64,000 nucleotides of DNA from Fimicolochytrium jonesii (Eukaryota): contig NW_026515696.1 in the NCBI RefSeq assembly GCF_025526975.1, positions 248,001 to 312,000 on the forward strand. The letters run 5' to 3'. A program made the position numbers and the translations under genes. The notes below the pieces were generated by a model that saw only the letters and a list, made by a program, of their open reading frames with translations, ran no database searches and was not told where the DNA came from. Position 1 is the first letter of the stretch; every line of letters begins with the position of its first letter. Positions 40,391-52,911 of this stretch are shown piece by piece.

Positions 40391-42236
40391 ATGCCAGGCG
40401 GTATGTGAAATGCTTTTCCACAGGGCGGTCTCATTCCCGCGCACCTCCCCTAATCACCCCCCTCGGACAAACAGCAGCGCCAGAGGAGTGGCTGGAAACA
40501 GTCAAGAAATGCCAGTACCTGCCTGAACCCGATATCAAGAAGCTTTGTGATATGGTATGTGAGTGGAGGCCCGAAGGTCGAGTCGATGGGATTTCGAGGC
40601 GGGAGAATTTTGGATGAGGTGACGGCAATTGAGGGCGGGAGTTGCGTGGAAGCTTGTGGGAGGCGATCGGTAGTGGGAGGCCCGCAACGGTGAACGGCGC
40701 ATACAGAAACCGCAGAGGTGGACACAGTCCCCTTGTTGCGGCCTGACCCTCGTAATTCTGGCCGAGGCGCCGCAATTGTCGAAATCCTTTGGTGCGGCAC
40801 ATCTTTTGCGGCTTCCAGAGGAACCCCGGCGGCCAGTGAAAGAGAAGCAAATGTGAATCCCATCTACTTCACGTCAATCCATCCATTCTTCTAATCCCAT
40901 TATTCCGAAAATAGGTAAAAGACTTGCTCATGGAAGAGTCCAACATCCAGCCCGTGAGCTCCCCAGTAACCGTCTGCGGCGACATCCACGGCCAATTCTA
41001 CGATCTGCTCGAACTGTTTCGCGTCGGTGGGGAGGTGCCAGATACAAGTTACATTTTCATGGTAGGGAAATCAGGGAGATTTGGTGGTGGGATCTGAAGT
41101 GGGGAGCTGACAGGAAGTTTTGTTTGTTGGACGTTTTTTAGGGAGACTTTGTGGATCGAGGATATTACAGTTTGGAGACGTTTACGTTATTGCTGGTTCT
41201 GAAGGCGAGGTAAGGACAGAGATTTTCGCTTCGGTCCTCCCTAATTCGACTTTCCGCTGACTTCGTCATTCACCTTTTTTAGATATCCGGATAAGATTAC
41301 GTTATTGCGAGGGAACCACGAGAGTAGACAGATCACGCAGGTGTACGGGTTTTACGGTATGTTTTGGGGGAGGGGGACAACATGACGGAGTCCCCAAAAT
41401 ACAGCAGTTCTTCGCTCAATCCCGGAACGAACTAATAATTTCGGCGATTTTACAGATGAATGCCAACAAAAGTACGGCAACGCGAACGTTTGGAAATACT
41501 GCTGCTCGGTGTTTGATTACCTAACACTAGCTGCGGTGAGTGTTTCGGTCATCACAAAATGAATTCCATCTCTGCATTTCTCACTGACATGATACCTCTC
41601 TTCATGATTACAGATCGTGGACGGCCGAGTCCTCTGCGTGCACGGCGGTCTGTCACCCGACGTGCGGACGCTGGATCAGATCAGGACGATACAGCGGTGT
41701 CAGGAGATTCCGCATGAGGGGGCTTTTTGCGGTGCGTATACATATACTCGTCATTAGACACAGGGACGTAGCGATGTACTCACTGTCACATGTCGTATGC
41801 AGATCTCATGTGGTCAGACCCAGAAGACATCGACACATGGGCCGTCAGTCCCCGCGGCGCCGGCTGGCTCTTTGGCAGCAAGGTCACCTCCGAGGTAAGT
41901 CTACTGCCGACGCATACACTTCCCCTCCTGGCGATATTAACAACCCCCCCCCCCCCCCCCTCTCCCCCCTATCAGTTCAACCACGTAAACTCCCTCAAAT
42001 TAATCGCTCGCGCCCACCAACTCGTCCAAGAAGGCTACAAATACCACTTTACAGACGAGAATCTCGTCACGGTGTGGTCGGCGCCCAACTACTGCTACCG
42101 CTGTGGAAACGTGGCGAGTATCATGGCTATTGATGAAAGTCTGGAAGTGAGCGAGCAGAGCTTCAAGATTTTCCATGCGGTGCCGGATAATGAGAGGGTG
42201 GTGCCTGCGAGGCAGACTACGCCGTACTTTTTGTAG
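40391..42236 (+). CDS. SIT4: Ser/Thr protein phosphatase 6 catalytic subunit (Sit4/Ppe1); 9 exons
   Basis: Exons 40391-40400, 40475-40554, 40915-41061, 41142-41209, 41283-41356, 41456-41535, 41614-41731, 41803-41894, 41976-42236. GDIHGQ, GDFVDRG, LRGNHE, PP6-type [23 protein letters not shown]-terminal PYFL. Confidence 0.95.
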
Positions 42237-43223
42237 AGAGGAGAATGAGAGTGCAGGGAGGGAATGGGACGGGGAGGGAAGGAGGAGTGGAGGTGTGATG
42301 GAGATGGAGGTGAGATGAAGGTAGAATGGACGCGGTCAACGATTCGAAACGATGGATGCGATGATCCCACCCGAGAAATCGTCGGTTGCCGCCGTACCCC
42401 TCCGGCACGTTACTCCGCACCAATCGAAAGTTATCCAACCGACCAAACTCTCTGCCCCTGCTCGAACGCTTTCGTCTACCTTACCCACCCGCCACCATCC
42501 ACCGCACCAACCCGCTGCCCCAGCGCCATACCCTGGGCCAGCGGGCAACCCGTCGGTCCCGCCTTCGACATATGCGCGCTCCCTGCAACCCTTGCGCGCG
42601 ATACTCGTCAAACGCAAATACCGACATACCCAACACTTGAATATATAGCGTCCGCCCCTTTTTGTTACCCTCTACTCTTCATCATCCCACTAGTATCACA
42701 GTGGAGAGATTGATGTACCTTTCCCTGTACTTTTTGACGATCGTTTTTTTGTCGTACAGTTGATTATGCACACCACGACGAGTCCTTTTCTAAAAGATTG
42801 CGGATGACGGGGTTATTGCGTTGCATTGCATTGCGTTGTAGTTGTTGTGTGCATGAACCGCTTTGGTCTGTTCTTTGCCTTTGTGTGGAGTCTACTCCCG
42901 GAAGGGACGGGAAGGACACCTCCGGACCAGCCTCCGGACGCTTGGACGCTTGCTTGCACAAAACAACAACAGGCAGCTATCCAACAGTGAGGTAGACTAT
43001 ATATATACCCACATACCTTCACGCACAGGGCGATAGTGGGACCGTATACTTGCGGGGATACGGTAGAAGTCGTCCCTTTCTGGCGCCGACACCCCGACCC
43101 GCAGAACGTTCTGTGCACACCTCCCGCCAACCATTATCGCGTGTCCGGAATGCAAGCACCGAGCAACGAGAACTCACACACCCCGCAGACACTCGAGAGT
43201 ACACGACCCGGCACACTGGGGGA

Positions 43224-45155
43224 ATGGTGTACCTACTATCGGCAACGGCATTGCGGATGGGGCATCCTCGCCATGCCCGACATGTAGTCATATCGAAGAA
43301 CGCACGATGGGAGCCGACGCGTGGGATCGGGACGATGGGATTGACGATGTGGAAACGGCCCACGATGCGGAGTAGGGAGAATCTCAGTGTTGGTGTGGCT
43401 GGAGCAAGACGGCCGATGAGGACGAGTAAGGATGGGATAAATTCGATGAGGGTGTTGGGGAGGAGGGGCATGGCCGGGACAAGTAACGGAGGTGGGGAAA
43501 CGACGACTGGCGCCAAAGTGGAGGAGATGGTGGTCAAACAGCGGACGAGACGCGGGGAATCGACTGTATGGACCGTTATGGCGATGCAGCGGGGCTCGAC
43601 ACAGGGGCCAGGACAGCAGCCTGAATGGCGGGTCGCCAAAAAGGTAGTCGACACCTCCCACCCCTCCGCCGACCCATCAAACATCCCATTACCCGCCAGC
43701 CCCCAAACCACCACCAACATCCTCCACACCGCCTACCTCCAGACCCGCGAAAAGCTCGCCATCGCCTTCCTCCCAAAGGGCTACCCGCACTCCATCACCC
43801 CCGACTACACCCCCTACACCCTCTATTCCTTCCTCCACTCCGTCACGGGAACCCTGACGGGCACCCTCTCCACCCAAGCCCTCCTCCTCGCCCTCGGCAT
43901 GTCCGCCTCCACCTCCGCCGGCTTGGCCGCGACAACCAACTGGATCATCAAAGACGGGTTCGGACTCCTCGGGGGTGTGGTGTACGCCGCGCTCACGGCG
44001 AACAGGTTTGACAGTAGCCCGAAGCGGTACCGGTTCCTCGCGGCGGTCAGTATCCAACTAGCCACCATCGCGGAGCTGCTCACCCCTTTAGTCCCTCACC
44101 TCTTCATCCCCTTGGCCGGGTTATCCAACATCTGCAAGAACATCGGCTGGCTCGCCGCCTCCGCCACAAAAGCCTCCATGCACAAAGGGTTCACCCGCGA
44201 AGACAACCTGGGCGACGTGACAGCAAAAGCGGGTGCGCAGGCCACTGCTGCCGGATTGGTGGGGACGGGCGGCGGGGTGTTGTTGAGTTGGTGTGTGGGC
44301 ACGGAGGTGGGGAATCTGATGGGGGTTTTTGTGCCGCTCTGTGCGGTGAATCTGTGGTGTGCGTATAGGGCGAATGAGAGTGTGGTTACAAGGAGTATCA
44401 ATTTGGAGAGGGGGGAGGGGATCGTCAGCGGGTGGTTGAGGGGGATGGGGGGCGACCTTACGAGCCGCGTGAGCCCCACGGGCCTTGAGACGAACGGCGG
44501 CGGGACGATGGATACGGGATCGAAGCAAGAACGTGGGAGCCGGATCCTTCCGACCCCGCAACAGATCTCGCCGACCGAACACTTCATCTACGCCTACAGA
44601 TCCGTTTTCCCCGTCCCTCTCGCGTTGGAACCGTCACTCAAACGCCGACTCGATGTATTCACCACCCACCAACAATGGGAACGCTTTCTCAGCGGGGAGA
44701 CGACGTTCGGGCGTTCGAGGACCGCCGCGAGCGAAGCGCAGATACCCAGTGAGAATTATCGCCTCCTCATCGCCCCCGGCCCGGCCTCGCGTGCGCGGTC
44801 CTACATCCCGCGCATCCTCCACAGCCTATGGAAACCCAACGAAAATGGAACCGGTACACGAACGACGAAAGAGGGTATACCCGACGTCCACGTCTGCTGC
44901 TGGTACACGGAACACGCGACCGCGGAGGATATCCTGAAAGGGTTCTACCATGCGTGTGTTGTGCGCGCTCTTGTCGCTCAGGAGCCCCAACCTCGCGATG
45001 TCGACACGATACAGGGGTACGACGGGGTGGTGGTGGAAGCGTACCAGTTCGTGGAAGAGACGTTTGAGGATTTCATGGCGAGTTTGAAGGGGGCGGGGTG
45101 GGACGTGGGCTTTACGCATTTGGGGGATCGGAATGCGCGGTTGAGGATTGGGTGA
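43224..45155 (+). CDS. RUS1/DUF647 (root UVB-sensitive-like) membrane protein; start codon uncertain
   Basis: Long single ORF with FLPKGYPHSITPDYTPY, TLSTQALLLALG, NWIIKDGFG..GG, FDSSPKRYR and DNLGDVTAKAGAQ, the DUF647 motifs. Confidence 0.88.
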   Translation: MVYLLSATALRMGHPRHARHVVISKNARWEPTRGIGTMGLTMWKRPTMRSRENLSVGVAGARRPMRTSKDGINSMRVLGRRGMAGTSNGGGETTTGAKVEEMVVKQRTRRGESTVWTVMAMQRGSTQGPGQQPEWRVAKKVVDTSHPSADPSNIPLPASPQTTTNILHTAYLQTREKLAIAFLPKGYPHSITPDYTPYTLYSFLHSVTGTLTGTLSTQALLLALGMSASTSAGLAATTNWIIKDGFGLLGGVVYAALTANRFDSSPKRYRFLAAVSIQLATIAELLTPLVPHLFIPLAGLSNICKNIGWLAASATKASMHKGFTREDNLGDVTAKAGAQATAAGLVGTGGGVLLSWCVGTEVGNLMGVFVPLCAVNLWCAYRANESVVTRSINLERGEGIVSGWLRGMGGDLTSRVSPTGLETNGGGTMDTGSKQERGSRILPTPQQISPTEHFIYAYRSVFPVPLALEPSLKRRLDVFTTHQQWERFLSGETTFGRSRTAASEAQIPSENYRLLIAPGPASRARSYIPRILHSLWKPNENGTGTRTTKEGIPDVHVCCWYTEHATAEDILKGFYHACVVRALVAQEPQPRDVDTIQGYDGVVVEAYQFVEETFEDFMASLKGAGWDVGFTHLGDRNARLRIG

Positions 45156-45712
45156 GGGGGGTGGCAGACAGAGCGGGGTGAGGGGACGGTTGATGTGGGG
45201 TGCATCGTCGCTTCGTGAGTGAGCCCTGAGGGGAAGGGCTCCGAGTCCTTCGGGCACCCCCTCGAATATCTCGGAAACGCCCATTTCGGCCCGACCGCAA
45301 CGGGATCTCATGGACTCAAAGTTGGTACCTCCCGTTCAAACGGCCCCCCCATTCTTTGCCGCCATCGCTGGAAAGATTCACCCGGCAACTTCCCTGTCGT
45401 GCATTGCATAAGAGCACCGCCGGGACCCACATGGACAGCTGAGACTGTACCCGAATCGGATACCGGAGAACAGCTCGAACGCAGTACAAGGCGGATCTCC
45501 TTTACAGCGTACGGCGTATCCCATAGGTTGATAGGACGTAGATATACTATGTATACCCCTTTCCTTTCCCCATTTCTCTCCCGCGCCGAAACCCGCGCAG
45601 TGCGAAAGATACCCCCTTCTGCAACCCCCGTATTGGCTAGATCTATAATGTCTCTATCGGCCCAACCTCTATCAGTCAATTGGCCCTTACTGACCTTCCT
45701 TTGGCTTCACAG

Positions 45713-46246
45713 GTCAACGTGGGCTGGCCTGGGAGCGTGGACGACAGCAGAGTCTTTGCCACATCTTACGTTGGTCGCGGACTCCGTGATGGGAAGATTT
45801 TCCCTCCCGGTTTCTTCTTGGTTGGAGACTCTGGCTATGCGCTGCGATCGTATATGCTGGTCCCGTACAAGGGGCTTGTTTCTCCAACCGCGAAACAGCA
45901 GAACTTCAACTTTGCCTAATCCTCAACCCGTATCATCATTGAACAGGCCTTCGGACATTTGAAAGGGCGCTGGCGCGTCCTCCGGGGGGAGCAGCAGGAG
46001 GGCTCGAAGCTTGCCACGAACGTTGCCATTGCCTGCATGGTCCTGCACAACCTTGCATCTAACGACGCGAAGAGCACGTACTGTACCTTGGACGTGTGGT
46101 CTGCTGACGATCCCGGCTCATCCAGCCAGTCTGCTTCGGCCAGCATCGGCAATCCTGCAGGCAATAATTGGGACATACATGCCGTGCGTTTGCGAGACAG
46201 TATCGCAGAGGAGATTTGGTCGGGCTTGGAGGCGGGCCCTATGTAG
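45713..46246 (+). mobile_element. PIF/Harbinger DDE transposase (HARBI1-like), C-terminal fragment, pseudogenised
   Basis: VGWPGSVDDSRVF, LVGDSGYALRSYMLVPY, FNFA*SSTRIIIEQAFGHLKGRWRVL, ACMVLHN. In-frame TAA at 45917. Preceded by branch/acceptor ACTGAC..CACAG; N-terminal half not found. Confidence 0.88.
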
Positions 46247-46404
46247 TTATTGTTGGATATACGACAATTCACAGTATGATGATTGATAAAACAAAAACAA
46301 ACAACGGGCAGATCGTGCTGGTATCATAGGGTGCCCTCATTGTACGTGAATATGTACTTTTGCACTTCCATCCCCCCCTGAGAATGCAAATCGTGGTCAG
46401 TACT

Positions 46405-46454
46405 GCTGGATATGGCAGGATATGGCGGGATATGGCTGGATATGGCTGGATATG
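46405..46454. repeat. 5 x 10-bp tandem repeat gc(t/a/g)ggatatg
   Basis: Read directly from the sequence. Confidence 0.9.
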
Positions 46455-46469
46455 CAAATCTCTCACCTT

Positions 46470-49460
46470 CTCACAACTCCATCTCTTCCTGCTCCCTCTC
46501 GGCGTCACGCCTCTCCTCTTCTTTGGTATCGGCGGAGTCCATGACATCGATACCTTCGCTGGATCTCTCCGAAGAGAAGTTTCCCCATCCCGCTTCCGCG
46601 TGCGGGTCGTCTGTTGCGACAGCGTCCCTCATCTCGTCATCCTCCCCTTCACCCCCTTCACCCTCCTCATACTCGTCCTCCCCCTCTCTCTCCGCCTTGG
46701 CTGCGGTGAGCTCTCTCGAGGCGGTCGGCATGGGCGGCGTAGAGGTCGTCGAGCTTTTCGTTCAAGCCGCTGCTCGCAAAGTAAGACGGCCATCCCTTCC
46801 CTCCCCGAGCCCTGCGGATGGCCTGCCACATCCCTCTTCCTCCTCAACCCCCTCCAACTCCCGCATCCTCGCATCGTGCCATTCTTCCCTCACCGCCGCA
46901 GCGGACTCCTCCTCTTCCTTCTCCACCTCCAAAGCCTCCAAGAAACGTCGCCCAACCGGGATCCCAGAGCGTCGTACAGGCGCCTCGGCTGCAGGCGCAG
47001 CAGCGGGAGCGGGAGCAGGGGCGAGAGCAGGAGCGGAAGCAGGGGCGGGAGTAGGAGCAGGGGCGGTAGCAGTGGCGACAGCGGGGATGGTGCGTTTGGC
47101 GGGGATACAACGGCGGGTGGGATACGGTGCCGGGATTCGAGGGCATATATACAGGAGCCGCATGCATCCTCGTGCCGAAACTTACCGGCATCCCTCGAGA
47201 AAAAGTAAGGATGTCGGGAAGTTTTAGCACGGGGACAGATAGGTCGTTCAAGGGCCGCTGCTTCCGCTGCTCCCGCGCTAGACCTCCCGAGCACCTCCAC
47301 CCCACAGAAGCGAGGACCTGGATATCGGATTCGGCGTCTTCGTTATCGACGTCCTCAACGAGCGCTTCCTTCCCTTTCGAGGAGAACGGTTGGAGGACGG
47401 TTGAGCTCCCCTGGACGTAGCCCGAGTCTTGCGAGCCGCGCCGGCCGGCCTGGCCTTCGCAGCGGGAGCTTTCTCGACTTGCGCTTAACATCGGTAATCC
47501 CGAGGCACGAGAGGCCACCACACGAACGGCGGGCACATGCTTGCAATCATCACTTCCTTGATGTCGCGGTTGCGAAGGTGCAGACCTTGGAGGTCGATAT
47601 TTTGTAGGGAGTGGCTGCAACCATTTCCACAGGGTCTGCCGCTCAGCTATGCCTCTTCACACCCCAACTTCTCCCACGTATAGGTCGTCGGACTTTCAGT
47701 GATTGCTAGCACGGCTAGTTCTGACAATATGATCTGAGAAAGTGGGCCGGTTGTTGTCGACCCGAGTGGCAATGACTTGATGTTTACAAAACTATGAAAC
47801 TCTTCCAGAGCGGTTCATTGATGGCGTAGGTGTCGGCCAGACCTCCGCCGAAGGTAAGCTTCCTCACAAATGTTTTCTGAAGGGATTGCAGGCTGGCGTG
47901 ACCAATGACGGCTTTGAACACCATGGGGCACAATCGCCCAGCGGGATTCCCTAGCTGACGTTTACCACGGTTTCCAACTGAACGCCCGCCGTATGCCCCG
48001 GAAAGAGTTGCATAACCTTCCTCCTATTCCCCTCCGCATATTCCCAGAGACCCCAGAAACAGGGGCATTCCCTAGCCTTGGCCTCCCATCGCCTACCATC
48101 CGACCCCCGTCGGGATGGGGATGTAGGCGGTAGGCACGGCGCGCCCACCCTCCAAGGACACCCGTGTTCACGTGGTGCGTTCTCGTCAACGTCTATGTTC
48201 ATTGCCGAGAGTTCGGCGGTGAGCTCTTCGTTGTTGATGCGCGTAGGAGATTCAGTTGCGACGGTTGCGACGGGTTCGATGTTGGTGCTCGTTAACTTTG
48301 CCGAAGAGAGCTGAGCTTGCAAGTCGGCTCTCTGGGCGCGGAGTATGTTGATGGTCTTTGCCAGTCGCGCGACGAAATTTTGCATCCGCTTTTCATCATA
48401 GGTAGTGTTCGCACCGTCGACCATCTTGTCAATCTGTCGCTCCGCGTCCCCGTCAACTTGAGGCGATACAAAGGTTTGGCACCCTCCAAGCGATCCAGTA
48501 TCTTCTTGAGCCACACCTCATAAATGTCGTTGTCGCTGTCGAGGTCCTTTCGGTAGTTCACGTCCTTGGCAACCTCCACCAAGTGCGTCTGCTGCGCGAT
48601 GAGTGGAACCTACTCCAGTCTATCCACCTTGCGCAGAAGTAAAGCTGCTAGCTCTGCCTAGGGATGACTGCGCTATTGCGTCCGGCCCATCTCCGACATC
48701 GCGTATGATGCTGTCCGCCTTCTTGTTGCCGCGTCTGGAATGCTTGTGGGGCCGGCAACGCGAGGACTCCCACGACTCTGATTGGGCCAGGCGCGGGGCG
48801 GAGGGGGTGACGAGGCCCGGCGTTCTTCTGTGGTTGCAGGTCATGGAACTGATAGATGCGGAAGACGGATAAATGAGCTCACTTAAGCACAATCGCTGAA
48901 GGTTCAATTGACCGACAAAGACTTACGCGTCAGAGGATCATTTGCAACAAACGCTTCCCGACCTAACCAAGGTCCTACTGCGACCAGGGGCGGTGGGTTG
49001 GCATACTCTTCATCGTTTTCTTCCTCCTCATCTTTCGCCACGCCCGTCAGCCATGTGGTTGCGCTGGGTTGGGCGGTCCTGCCCATGATTGCCATGTATA
49101 CATGCTCGTAGCGTTCATCTTAAGTGATCCAATGGGCGTAGCCACGGCCCCTCGCTTTCACGATGAGTCTGTTTGTGAAGACGCAGGAATTGATGGCGGT
49201 GGCTTCCCCTAGTCGCTGCTTCCGATCCATTTCCCACTTGATCCTGATGGTCGTCCCCACCGTTGTGATGACGTGAGATGGGTCAAATCCGTTACTGGTC
49301 ATTCTTATCTCGATGCCCTCGAACACGTCCTCCTCGTTCTCCTCATCTAAACAGAAGGCGCTTTCGGCGGCGGTGGTGGCTACTGTTGGAGGCCGCGGAC
49401 GAGGGAAAACGACTGCCTTACTCGTAGCGAAACGAGTGCGCACATGAAGGCAATTCACTT
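46470..49460 (-). mobile_element. Decayed coding remnant(s), possibly a SWIM-finger (Mutator-like) element
   Basis: Broken minus-strand ORFs. YKISTSKVCT(F)...DCKHVPAV at about 47525-47606, across a frameshift, resembles a SWIM CxC..CxH finger. AP-repeat and acidic tail. No termini identified. Confidence 0.3.
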
Positions 49461-49682
49461 GCGTTCACCGATGGGCAAATGGCGTGGGTATTCCAGAGAG
49501 AGTTCAGGTTCCAGATTGCCCGTTCACAAAGTCAGGAGCACGTGACCATGAAAAGGTTGTATGGGTCCATTTTAACTCGCAGCCTTGTTTTCAAAATTTG
49601 CCATGTCAAAAGACAACTCTCTTATTATATAGCGTATGTACAGCACACAACGACAAAGAAGTAAGCCAAACCCCAGCTAGAC

Positions 49683-51873
49683 CTAGAACCTACTCGTATC
49701 ACGACCGAACAAGAAACTGAAGAGCCACGACGCCGGAATAAGCACCATATTCCTCAAACTCACGCTCTTGACAAGATACGCCGACCGCCACACAAACCAC
49801 GCCAACCTCCCTCGTAACGCCCTGGGCAACCTACTCGGCGCCTGCGTCCCCTTCTCGCCCGTCGTCGCCGGATGCGTATCCGTCGGCGAACTCGTCGCGT
49901 CCATAATCGCCTTCCACCCGCCGACATACACCATGCTTCCCATATGGCTGTACTCGAATTTGGGCAGCGCGGAGAAGGAGGAGGTGTAGGTTGGGGACGT
50001 GGGGGCGGGAAGGGTGGGGAGCTTGTTGAGGTGTTTGCGGAGGTAGGTGCCTTGTTGGGAGGCGACTTGGGCGGTGGCGGGGAGGGAGAGGTGGAGGAGG
50101 GAGGCGCAGTCGCCAAGGGCGTAGACGGAGGGGATTGGGGTGTATACGTCTCGTGAGGCAGTGGGCGGTGACGGTGCGTCCTTCGCTGCGATGGTGGCGG
50201 GCTTGTCCTTTGATGTGCTAGCGGCCGGTGAGTCGGAGATAGGGGCGGGCTTGTCCTTTGTTGTCGTAGCGGCCGCAGGTGTGTCGGCATGCGGCGCTTC
50301 TGCTGCTGCACCGCTGTCATGCACCCTCCTCAAAACCCTCAAATACTCATCCACCACCAGCCGATTATCCCTACTCCTCGCAGCCCCCAACTCCCTAATC
50401 AGCGGCGTCGCCGTCAGTCCCGTGGACCACACCAGCACGCCAAACGGTTCCTCGGACCCATCTGCGAGAATGAGTTTGTTCTTTTCGACGCGCTTGATGT
50501 AGGTTTTCGTCCGGATCTTGATCCCTTCGCGCGCAAACTTGCGGGCTGCGTAGTCGGCGAGGGACGCGTCGAAGGTCGAGAGGATCTTGGAGCCGACGTC
50601 GTAGACTGTGAGGGTTACTTTGTCCATTAGGGTTGGGTAGAGGCGGCTCAAGTCGTCTAGGAATCGAAGATAAGGGGATGAATTCAGCATATTTCCTCCA
50701 GAATTGGAGATGTTTCTCACGGCTTACTCCGGACGCGCACCTTTGATAAAATCATGCAACTCAGCACTAAACTCCACCCCCGTCGGCCCACCCCCCACCA
50801 CCGCAAAACTCAACAACCTCCACTTCACATCGTCCGGCGTGTTCGGCTCGCTCGCCATCTCGAAACACTCAATGATCTTTGCCCGGATCTTTTGCGCGTG
50901 CGAGATCTCTTTCAGAAAGAATCCGTGCTGCTCTACGCCGGGGATCCCGAACGTGTTGCTGTAGGCTCCAACCGCGATAACGAGTTTGTCGTAGCGCAGT
51001 TTGAAGGGTTGCATGTCGGGTAAGGCTGGCATGCACGTCAGCTCCTTTCGATCCAAGTCGATCGCGTCGCACCAGGCCTGTATGAGAGAGGAAGATGGGG
51101 TGAGTGTCATCCACAGCCATCAACCGTCAACGACCATCGACCATCTTCAAGTGATATCCTGCTCGCTCCGCTCGCGACAAGGATGTTCGGCTGCGGTGGG
51201 CGGAGCGTAGCTCGCCTCGCTCGCAAAAGATCTGACGCTCGCTGGGGCTTGCTAAGAGCCGTGATAAGGGGTATTGCGCCTTCGGCGCAAGGAACTCGCT
51301 CCGCTCGCCGCTTCGCTTTGCTAGCGAGAGGCATTCGCTCGGGCTCCCCGACCGAACCAGACCGAAAGCGGCGCTGATTAGGAGTATTGCGCATTCGGCG
51401 CGACTCGCTTCGCTTGAAACGTTCGGCCTGGTCGCCTTCATTACGCTGCAGGCTCCCAGACCAAACCAAAGCCCTCGCTGTTGCTCAGGCCTCCCTCCGG
51501 TCGGGCTTTATGCTCACTCACTTCGTTCGTTCGCACCCACCTGATGATACTTGGCACTCCGATTATGATGCCTAACCGGCTCGGTAATGGCCCTAAACTC
51601 CAGCGTCCCGACGCTCGTCCCCGCAAGCAACGGCGTAAAAACAAAATGATTCCGTGGCGAAATACAGACAACATCATAGTCCTTCGTGTTTATGCCAGAG
51701 AGGAGTTTGAGCCCTGCCCAGCCTGAACCGAGGATGACGAGCGTGCCTTGTGGTTTTGCGAGGGATGTTGCGTGCCGGCGGTGGAGAGAGGTTGGAGCGA
51801 CATGACACCATTTGGGACTGGGGTGGCGGATGGGTGCACGCCCGAGGAGGACGCGTGGGAGGATAAAGGTCAT
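49683..51873 (-). CDS. Mitochondrial type II (alternative) NADH:ubiquinone oxidoreductase, Nde1/Ndi1-like; 3 exons
   Basis: Exons 51873-51541, 51077-50741, 50656-49683. Presequence-like N-terminus; [59 protein letters not shown]. Confidence 0.94.
51158..51535. repeat. GC-rich mini-hairpin element inside NADH dehydrogenase intron 1
   Basis: The 463-nt intron (51078-51540) is packed with gctcgctccgctcgc, ttgcgccttcggcgcaa, ctcgcttcgc and cttcgttcgttcgc, and shares a 30-bp end with 39436-39465. Confidence 0.6.
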
Positions 51874-52911
51874 CGTGGCGATGGTGCGGATATGATCCAA
51901 TGATGTAGGAAGGTGCTATCGTCCTGCTGTTATCCGCGCTTGTTGTGGGCGCTTTCCTCCGAGTGCAGATGGCCAAGATGGTCCTCGTCGCCTACGAATT
52001 AGGTTGAAGTGTGAGGTGTGAAGTGTGAGCTCCCAATGCGGGGGCAACCTATTGCAGTTACCGGCACACCTACTGAATTGTCTCTGTACTCTGTCGAGCC
52101 AAGGGCCGGGAGACCGTGGCAAAGTAGGCAATGTTTTGTAAAGCTGGAAGGGACGGACGTTGTGCCCCTGTTGTCCAGCAGTGGTATCGGAATACTGTAA
52201 GCGAAAAAGCGGGTCGGAAAAGAACGGGAAGAGATCTGATAAGGGCCGAGGGAGGCGCGCGCGTTGATGTTGTCATTCGCATTCACACCGAGAGCGTTCG
52301 ACTACGAGAGGGGGTTGCTATGCGCTCACGCGGACTACTACGGCAGATGGATCAGATGGAGAACAACCCCACGTGTGATGCGCACAGCAGAGATTTGCGT
52401 GCTGGTGCAGTCGGCATATGATATGGAGCCCCATCCGTACAACGGGAGATGTGGGTAATGTGCCAACATCCTCCACGAGCAAATATCAAAGAAAGGGGGA
52501 AGATACACCTCAGTGTTCCCAATCGGCAGGATCACTGTAAGGTTTCCTTGTACTAGATGGGTGTTTCTTTTAACGATCTAGTTGGTGCCAATCGTTCTAA
52601 AAGGCTGCCGAGACCGGAATGTCCCTTAATGCATATGATAGGGAGGCCCCATCCAGAAAGCCAGAGATGATTGAGATGAGAGCAACAGATGTCCACGAGG
52701 ATGAGAAACGGGACCAGCATTTCATTACTGTATTGACAGATGTTCGTCTTTCTCTGTAAACTGACTGACTAACCGAATTGACAACATGACGACGACAGGA
52801 CACCCTGACAAGAACTTAGAAGTCCCCATCCCCATCCATTCCGATGCACACATGTACCAATACATGCACTGGCCGAAATCACTTCATTCAAACCCCTCCT
52901 CCTCCTATTCC

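Noticed and set aside
42264..43220. Extra gene between PP6 and RUS1
   Set aside because: An acceptor-like site at about 42759 exists, but no coherent spliced ORF could be built.
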